Of a stretch of DNA of 64,000 bases, positions 13,201 to 20,700 are shown piece after piece (the first letter of the stretch is position 1; each line of letters opens with the position of its first letter). Under the pieces are notes generated by a model. That model saw nothing but the letters and a program-made list of their open reading frames with translations. It had not been told where the DNA came from and did not search any database. The stretch is from Nemertoderma westbladi (taxonomy: Eukaryota > Animalia > Xenacoelomorpha), in the NCBI GenBank assembly GCA_032718475.1, contig JAUCBJ010006781.1, positions 1 to 64,000 of the forward strand, read 5' to 3'. A program made the translations under genes and the position numbers.

Positions 13201-13994
13201 CAAGGTAGGCTCGCGAGTCTTCCACCCCATTCTTCCATCTCACCTTTCTCGAAAGCCTTGTAGGCTCTGTATAGGCTAAGAGCTTCTTTCTTTTCGCGGG
13301 TTGACTGATTCGCCTCGTCCAGCGTAAGTTCAAATACATCGGGTTCAACAACCTTAGGTGGGTAAATGACAGTTTCTCCCGCCTTTGGTCCGGTCATAGC
13401 AAATGAATGATATGGATTCGATAAAGGATACCCTCCTTCCTGGTAGCGTAGTTGTTGATGATTCGAACACCTCGCCAATATCGGTTCGGGATTTTCCTTA
13501 TTCAAACGCATCGGAATCGCATTTCGTTGTTCGCGCATACAAGAACCGCATTGATAATAAAGTTTATAAACTGAAAATGCTTCTTTGGTTTCTCTATCGT
13601 CCCCTCGAGTTCGTCTGTAAAGATGCATTCCATCGAATTCATCGCGTACCGCGGGCATAGGTTCGTGCGCCTTTAGGTATTGCATGGTATGATACAAACG
13701 ACTAATTTCAGTATCGGGGTCTTCGCTAATGTCTCCCGTGTCACACAAAGCATCGTACGGGTAAAGTTCGTTGAAGGTTTGGCGCAAACTTTCGATTCTT
13801 TCGTTCAATGCGTTTTGCCTTCTCTTTAATACGTTCGAGTCATATTTAGTTCTCGCGAGTTTCGCTGTACTTTCCGATAATTCTTTTATACCAAATATAG
13901 TGTAATCCTTGGCTCCAAATCTTTCGAATGGCGCTGCTGCCTCCTCTTGGATATCATATCCCCATCTCGGCTCTCCTTGTATCCCTTTCTCCAT
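10269..13994 (-). CDS. Retrotransposon accessory ORF2 (1241 aa): DEDDy/WRN-EXD-like 3'-5' exonuclease domain, 3 CCHC zinc knuckles, basic RS/RG-rich tail
   Basis: ExoI FYDNEG, TIQIRAADGVLHIF, ExoII LPKMVRNMILDKTVVKVGSGVREDL, YVDTRPL, ExoIII-like LQYYLAIES (~12600-11960). Knuckles CSKCGVAGHHMAKC, CGWCGDQGSHTFYTC, CTYCNIKGHRASEC. No signal peptide or TM segment evident. Confidence 0.8.
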   Translation of the reverse strand: MEKGIQGEPRWGYDIQEEAAAPFERFGAKDYTIFGIKELSESTAKLARTKYDSNVLKRRQNALNERIESLRQTFNELYPYDALCDTGDISEDPDTEISRLYHTMQYLKAHEPMPAVRDEFDGMHLYRRTRGDDRETKEAFSVYKLYYQCGSCMREQRNAIPMRLNKENPEPILARCSNHQQLRYQEGGYPLSNPYHSFAMTGPKAGETVIYPPKVVEPDVFELTLDEANQSTREKKEALSLYRAYKAFEKGEMEEWGGRLASLPCHWTSHDQTSAKEMTPEVFESINFAQNVIQRLQIASPERPREMQPYSTSATKPLSTTLNFPISIPVRQDTTYEIPIVDHPEIISNLEFLPAVVFSDMSKIYDLRRHITQKVVNNVPPHIQDFKELDRAGADIAPSNLKGYLTKTIRLWIGIGTFESDTDIAADWRGKVIRFDEDKDIEKIWQPSEELLDEWTRTFRSFQENGYMFYDNEGGSHQQSLTSKTIQIRAADGVLHIFSRQRSDKRMPIPPANTKRHHLITDIVKKMDQACNIDARMLPKMVRNMILDKTVVKVGSGVREDLISDFAGMTDSDDRLPTPYVDTRPLILWSIEQGYFREYNTQKTGTGYISYLLFNWDYKEGKRNKYIETYGEGDTPDMSEFESQLKWRGCVYWAITSPPRAVLQYYLAIESSVNVCLIADIVSRTLKRHPLCLGEDHTFYMEGRIRTDVFRRFLEPFYNSDAQCNAFTRAGFSIFRDVYLRCAGSLIERPSMFTLLPYEGERIVEITDESRQTRAPIGHLGDEFEVTTTIADDPLEELLEIERNLPKKSQTEIRQLEATDAIVCIQPSETYQPIDPDDYDYSMGGSARPIGDLIYERVWYPANTMCSKCGVAGHHMAKCSGKHITTTQLICGWCGDQGSHTFYTCWRFMAQCTYCNIKGHRASECQLRDIPYEHESVKLVRKLFDEWEDLADEHVSAQRRRFPMRAHLGFWAVNPQTMMSEGYISAMPQYDELIEVVDILPHDSGFRVVREYLLQIHPDNKNTWNFQKVVNRITYGEFDRFRTEKRNKGAWLTVAWAYRAAFYHKRIRASVFEEEEVLEATNIPATPVAPSARHPREDGQGRIIRVQKVGQQLKKIINVEERKGVEPTIRVTRDTVSLPREPVGGSGHTPADQQGAQATLGSASSTSRAFPDVLPTVVTTDRSRGIGRGFGMPNRRICEEIVAPSLNVPSKPVTRPTSPISRAKSPVRSFRGRGRARSTKR

Positions 13995-14467
13995 AATTAG
14001 GGTGTAGTTACATAATCATTACTACTAGAGGGAATACAACAGAGTTTGTAGTTAGTTGTGAGGAGACGTGAGAGTTTCGTCTGCCCTTTGGGCTCGACAA
14101 CGCTCTAACCTCCTACCCATAGCCTAAGATCTAGGGTTTCTTTAATGACACGCTGCTTCTTATCTAAAATTTTTTGCCGAAGTAAAAACGAATTTGGGCT
14201 AAACTGGCCGTGAGTCTAAAATACTCACCTTTTCATCCCAAACTATTATCAGAAAATAAGCAGTCAAGAATTAGTAATAAATATAGGGGAGTCTATTTTG
14301 ACGTAACTTATTGAAACAAGACCGTGTAAAATTTAATTAAAATTTTAAGAAAGGCTCGCAAGTCTTCCTCTCTTGTTTCTCTAATTTTAAGTTCCACCCG
14401 ACTGTACCCTGAAATCTATTCACTGGAGAAAATTTTAAAAAATTTTTCAAATCCAAATGGATTGTCT

Positions 14468-14600
14468 AAAATTTCGAAAATGTCTCAATATTGTGAGTTC
14501 CAAGTAGAATTCCATTTCTTATACCTACAAATCAAAATTTCGAAAATGTCTCAATATTGTGAGTTCCAAGTAGAATTCCATTTCTTATACCTACAAATCC
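14468..14600. repeat. ~67-bp tandem duplication between pol and ORF2
   Basis: AAAATTTCGAAAATGTCTCAATATTGTGAGTTCCAAGTAGAATTCCATTTCTTATACCTACAAATC occurs twice. Confidence 0.9.
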
Positions 14601-14719
14601 CGCTCCTATGTGACACATAAGGGTACCACCCTCAATGTTCACATATAAAGACAATGGAATTCTACCGCTGTCCTTACTACGGTGTACAGGTACGTGGAAA
14701 TCTATTTGTAAACTCCTAA

Positions 14720-17700
14720 TTATTTACTAGTATTAGGTGGAGATTTGTAGTCTCCAGACTCGTTACGAGTCTCTTCAAGGAGTACGAGACGTTGAGTCGG
14801 TCTGTCTACTGTACGACCGTCAATTGTCCGTACCGTCACAGTTCTTGTCACTCCATCCATAGATGGATGTGTGGCTAAAATTACACCTGTTATCCAGAAG
14901 CGTCTTTTTAGATTCACTTCTGCCAACAGCACGTGATCTCCCGGCTTTAATGCGCGGGTGTTATTGTACCATGTTGTTCTGGCAGAAATGGAGGGCAAAT
15001 AATGGTTTTGCCATATTTCCCAGAATTTGTTAGCCAGTAGTTGCGTGATTTTCCACGCTTTTCTACCGTAGCTGTCGCTTTCTATTGGAATAGAAATCGG
15101 TGTCAAAGTCGTCGGTGCCTGCATTAGCAGGTGTGCCGGTGTTAAAGCAAACTGGGATTGTTTGTCATCGGGTACTAATACTATTGGTCTAGTATTTAGT
15201 ATTGCCTCGATTTCAACAAACAATGTTGTCAGTTGGTCGTCTGTTAATATGTGGTTTACTGGAATGACCTTTGCCATGGCTGTCTTTATAGATCTAATCA
15301 ATCTCTCCCAGACTCCGCCTCTCCAAGGACTATCTGGAGGATTAAACTTCCAAACAATCTTGTGAGGTTGCAGTTCGTTCGAGATTTGATCATGATCTAA
15401 TTTCTTAAAGGCTCTAGCAATCTCATTCCGAGCACCAACAAAGTTTGTCCCTTGGTCTGAGTACAAGCATTTTACTAGTCCGCGTCTAGCGATAAATCGC
15501 CGCAGTGCTAGTATAAACGCGTTGGTGGAAAGATCCATCACACGTTCAATATGAACTGCCCTACTGGACATACATGTGAAAATCAGTCCCCAGCGTTTTA
15601 CTAGTATACGTCCACGTTTCGTATGTATGGGACCAAAACAATCAATTCCAGTCTCTGTAAAAGGTGGTTTGAATGCTTGAAGTCGTGCTTGTGGTAGTTC
15701 ACTCATTTCTTGGGTACCTATTCTAGAATGTACCTTTTTACAAATAATACACGTACGTGTCACTGAACTTAACGCTTTACTGGGTCTAATTAATACAAAT
15801 CTAGTACGTAAGTAGGAAAGACAGTGGTGTCTTCCAGCGTGTTTCAGATGTAAATGTGCGTCCAGTATCATTGCACGTTGTAGTTCGTGATGTTGCGGTA
15901 TTATTATTGGGTACCTAAAGTTTGTGTTAAAGTCAATGTTTTGAAGCCGAGATTTATGACAAAGTAAGCCATTATAAATTATCGGACTCCAACTCAGTAT
16001 CGGTGACGACTTGATTGGTTGACCTTGATGTATAGATGTGAATTCGCGCGCGAAATATCGCAGTTGATAATGGCGAATTAATTGAATCTCACACCTGTCA
16101 ATCTCAGCCAATGTAAGTCGACGTGTAAAGTCACGTTTGCCTTTAACGTATTGTACGAAACGTACAATCCACGCTAATTTTCGGCAAGCGTTTGACCAAG
16201 AGTCTGTTAAGTTTACAATACGGTCGACGTAAGTATTTGTGACGTCATCAGGTAAGTCAATGGAGATTTTGGAAGGTTTTGAATTACTAGAAGGGCCCAC
16301 GGGTCCGCCGGTAAGTATTCCCTTGTTGACTGTTGATCCGTCCGGGTCTACAAGTAATTTGTCCTCTTTTGTCCTCTTACCTTGATTGTCAGTACTTTGT
16401 AAGTCGATCGTTAATGGTGGTTTGAACTCTATGGGGTCAGCAGGTTTCGGTAAACTTATTTTCCTGCCGACATTAATCCCAGGTCTCACTATAGGTTGTA
16501 AGTTCGGTATGTCTCTTGAGCGCAAAGTAACACCTGTATTTACATTAGCGTAGGTACTACCCACATCTGTAATACATGAGGTTTCACCGTGCTTATGGTT
16601 GCTCAAGTGTGTCAAAATTGGTAGTTTGTCAATACAAGGCCGCTCCAATAGGGAAACTGCGGCTTTACTGTTAGTTGATACATTACTAATGTCCGGTAGA
16701 ACATTTTGTGATGTTTCTGACAAAATGTCTAGTCGACTGTCTAGTAATGTGTCTGGCGATACGTCTGGTAACGTATCTGGTAGTTTGTCAATAGAAGGCC
16801 GCTCCAATAGGGAAACTGCGGCTTTACTGTTTGTCAGTGTGTTACTAGCGTCTGGTGGAACATTTTGTGATATGTCTGGCAAAATGTCTGGTTGGCTGTC
16901 TAGTAACATGTCTGGTTGACCGTCTGGTAACGTGTCTGGTTGACCGTCTGGCGATATGTCTGGTGTAGAAAGGCTCGCAAGTCTTCCTCTCTTGACCTTT
17001 GAAGTTATATCCTTCCATTTCGCCTTCGGTTTTTTCTTGAGTTTTGCCGCCGTCGTCCTTTTCTTTGTCTTCCCCTTTTTTGGTTTCTTGATTTCGGCGT
17101 CCTTAGGAATGGTGTTGGACTTGTTGTCGTATAACGGAGGCCAATCTTGTGTCGATTTCTGCAAGAACTGGGGTCCGTGTTGCCAAAACTCTTTGTTCTC
17201 CGGTTTACAGAATTCCTCAGGCATCATTCCTCGCGACGCAATATCAGCTGGGTTTTGTGGTCCGGGACAATGTCGCCAATCCCCTTTTATTGAACGGTCT
17301 AGAATTTCCGCGCGACGGTTAGCAACGAATGTCTTGAATTCGAGTGTGTCGTTGTTTATGTAAAATAAAACCAACGTCGCGTCAGTCCAATAAAATATCT
17401 GTAAACTCGACTGTAGTTCTGTCTGTATGAGGTTCACGATGGTGGTTGACAGGGTTGAGGCTTGTAGCTCGGCTCGTGGTGTCGTCATATACTTAGTAGG
17501 CATGGTCTTAGCTTTAGAAGTAATGAGCGAAACATCGAACTCGTCTGATTCTACTTGTCTGCGCAGGTACGCTGCCACACCAAAACCGTTGTCACTGGCG
17601 TCAGAAAAACAGTGTAGTTCCAAGTTGTCAGGAAATGTACTTTGCAATGGAAAGTAAACCCTGGGTATGAAATAATCCTCTAGCGAAGATAATTCCGCCT

Positions 17701-20700
17701 CCCAGGTCTTCCATAAGTCCACTTGGTCTGATGAGATCGGCTCATCCCACGTTAGTCCATCTTTCCATATACTGCGCATATAAATGCGGGCTTGCAGTAT
17801 CACTGGACTGATGAATCCTAACGGATCGAACAATCGGCTCAATTTTGACAAGCATGATCTCTTGGTCAGCGTGTTCCCTTGACTGTCCAGTCTCACCTTC
17901 ACGCAAAAGTTGTCTGTGTTTGGGTCCCAAAAGAGCCCCAACACCTTAGTCGTCGGTAGTGGTTCGAACTCTAGGTCTATGTCACCACCTCCACGCTCAG
18001 TAGTTCCGAATGAGTCTACTAATTCGGCACTGTTTGAGGCGAATTTGGTGAGGTTAAAACCTCCGCCCGCCAAGCAGTCCCGTAATTGATGTGCTACTGT
18101 TGTAGCACGTTCTACTGTGTCGCAACTCTGTAATCCGTCATTAACGTAAAAGTCACGCTCCACAATTCTAATTATCTCTGGGTCATATAGATGTTTCTGA
18201 TCTCTAGCGGCTTGCTTCAAGGCGTACATCGTACAATTTGGGCTGTCTCTGGCACCGAAAACGCGAACTTGCATTTGGTAAGTCGCCGGTGGTAGACTTA
18301 AATCTCCTTCCGGGTACCAGAGGAACCGCAAACTGTCTCTGTCTCGCTCTAACGCTTTTACTTGGTGAAACATCGCTTCAACGTCGCAAGTAAAGGCTAC
18401 TTGACGCTGACGGAAGCGCATAATCACCCCCATAAGATAATTATTCATGTTCGGTCCATCCATCAACTCACTATTGAGGGACATTCCCTCAAACAGAGCC
18501 GCACAGTCATTGACTACACGTACTTTGTCTGGTTTGTCGGGATGTCTCACATAGTGATGTGGCAGGTAGTATGTTTGGTCGGTCACTCGCTCCGGGTTAG
18601 TCATTCGGATAGCGTATCCTTTAGTCAAATACGTCTCCATCTGAGTGTTGTACTGCAGATGGGCTTTCTCGTCCTTTAATAGACGTTGTCGTATTGAGTG
18701 TAGACGTCTCAAAGCCAGTGGGTAGTTATTTATAAGTTTAGGACTTTGGCTACGCCATAACATACCCACCTCGTAATGTCCGTCCTCCGTCTGTCGGATA
18801 GTATCTTCCATGATCTTCAGAGATTGTTTCTCCTGTTCCGACATGCAAGGTTCGTAGCTACCAGGTTCAGCTGTATCTTGTTCTAACCACCTGATAGTCT
18901 TCTCCGTTAATTCTTTGTCCAAGGCGGCTTGTTCCAACTGATGATTTCTCAACGCGTCATCATCGATATCGACGGGCACTGTTGAGGTTATTGGGGTAGG
19001 TAGACTCGCAAGCCTATCATCTGTCGTCGATGGAATCTCTAGCTGACTCGTCTTCCCCCCTAGTTCTAAACTCACCTTGTGGGTTAGCTGCTCCTTGTGA
19101 CTTATCATACTAGTTACACGTCTGTCATGTTTTGTCGACTGTAGTGTAGTATGGTTCACGTCGGGTGAAAAGGAATGAATTGAATTTGTAGTTAATAAAC
19201 TACATGTACTCTGTACATCGTCTTCCTCGTCACTTACGTCTAGTGTGCGCACAGGCGCTCGAGTATACCACCCTATCGGCGTTCTGCAGGCGTATGCGTT
19301 TCCCGCTACAACTGCCGATGGTCTGGTTTCCCACACCTGATGTAGGTTGAATTGGTCCGTCCCGATCAGCATTGCTACCGATCTATAATTGACAGGACAT
19401 TCGGGTACACCAAGGTGTCTGAAATACTTACGGTCCTCCAGAGATTGTTCCGGCACTGGACCTAGTAGGTTACTAAAGTCCTTCGTGGCCGCAAAGGTTA
19501 GATCTCTAAAGGGTAACAAAGACCTCTCCCTCTCGCTGTGTTGCGATTTTGGAAGAAGAGAGTCTAAGTCCAACTTAACTCGTGTCACTGGTATTGCACG
19601 CTGTCCGTGCATACTACTTACTGTATAACTGACGTGCTTACCTTGTTTAAGATCCGTCACTACGTCAGCTATCTTTTTGTCCACGTAGCTGTGGGATGAG
19701 GCTGAATCTAGAATCGCATAGATCCTCTTGCTCCCCTTTGTGCCAGTAACCTTAATCGGGATTACACAGAACCCCTTCAGTTGATCAGTAGTCAGGAGCG
19801 CGATCGACGGTTGTTCGTCTCCATTGGAATATTCGTCGTCGTCTTCTGATTCTTCGTCCGACGATCCGGATTGTTCTGAGAAGCAATCCTCAATATGGGT
19901 CACGAAGGTTGGAGTCGTTTTCGATTCTCGTTTTCGGTAGGCCGCATCACATCTCGCTGCTGCTTCCGGGTGTTCCCTGGCGAAGCGTTTCGTCGGCGTG
20001 TGGCTGTCTGTGTGGAGCAGACCGTCATGGTTGCGTCCACAGGATGGACAAGTGTCGGTATTTGGGCAATCCTTGCGCACGTGTCCGTGTCGCGTACATC
20101 GCCAACAAGAGTCCAGTGGCCGTATCTGCAGCCGTCGTTCTTCCGAGTTCAACTCGCGAAATTGTCGACAACCTCGTAACTTGTGACCAATATACCGCTT
20201 ACCTAGATGCTCGCAGTATTGGCAGCCGTTGAAGTCGGTGCTGAGTTGCTGTCTCGTCTGTTTCGTCCCAATGGGCGCAGATACTCTATTACTGTCTGAG
20301 AATTGTCGTGATTCCGTCGGTGTGGCGTAAGTGGCCGTCTTAGTGGATGTTGTCTGGGGTTTTTGTCGGTTGGAGGATGGCAGTGTGATTCCTTCTGCCA
20401 CGATGTGCTGGTCGGTGTAGTTAGATCGAGTTTCTACTACCGCCTCCCTGGATATTAAAAGGTACACATCTTCTAATTTTAAGAATCCTCCCCGCTCTTC
20501 TCGCTGGTATTCGACCTTCCTCCACTCCCGACGAAGTCGATGGTGGAGTCGTCCTATTATCTTTAATAGGACTGTAGGGGTATTCCCGTAATCAAGTTGT
20601 CCAATTGATCTTAAGGTAGTGATAGCGTTCTTGATCTCGTCAGCCAGTTTTAGTAAGTCGACGGGTTTAGTGATAGCCCCTCCCTTACAGAGTTCCTCTA

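Noticed and set aside
10269-13994. ORF2 as an envelope glycoprotein
   Set aside because: No signal peptide, fusion peptide or TM anchor; nuclease and knuckle motifs instead.
13850-19018. Extra partial motif copies (CTCGCGAGT at ~13852; AGACTCGCAAGCC at ~19002)
   Set aside because: Too few matches outside the core to count.
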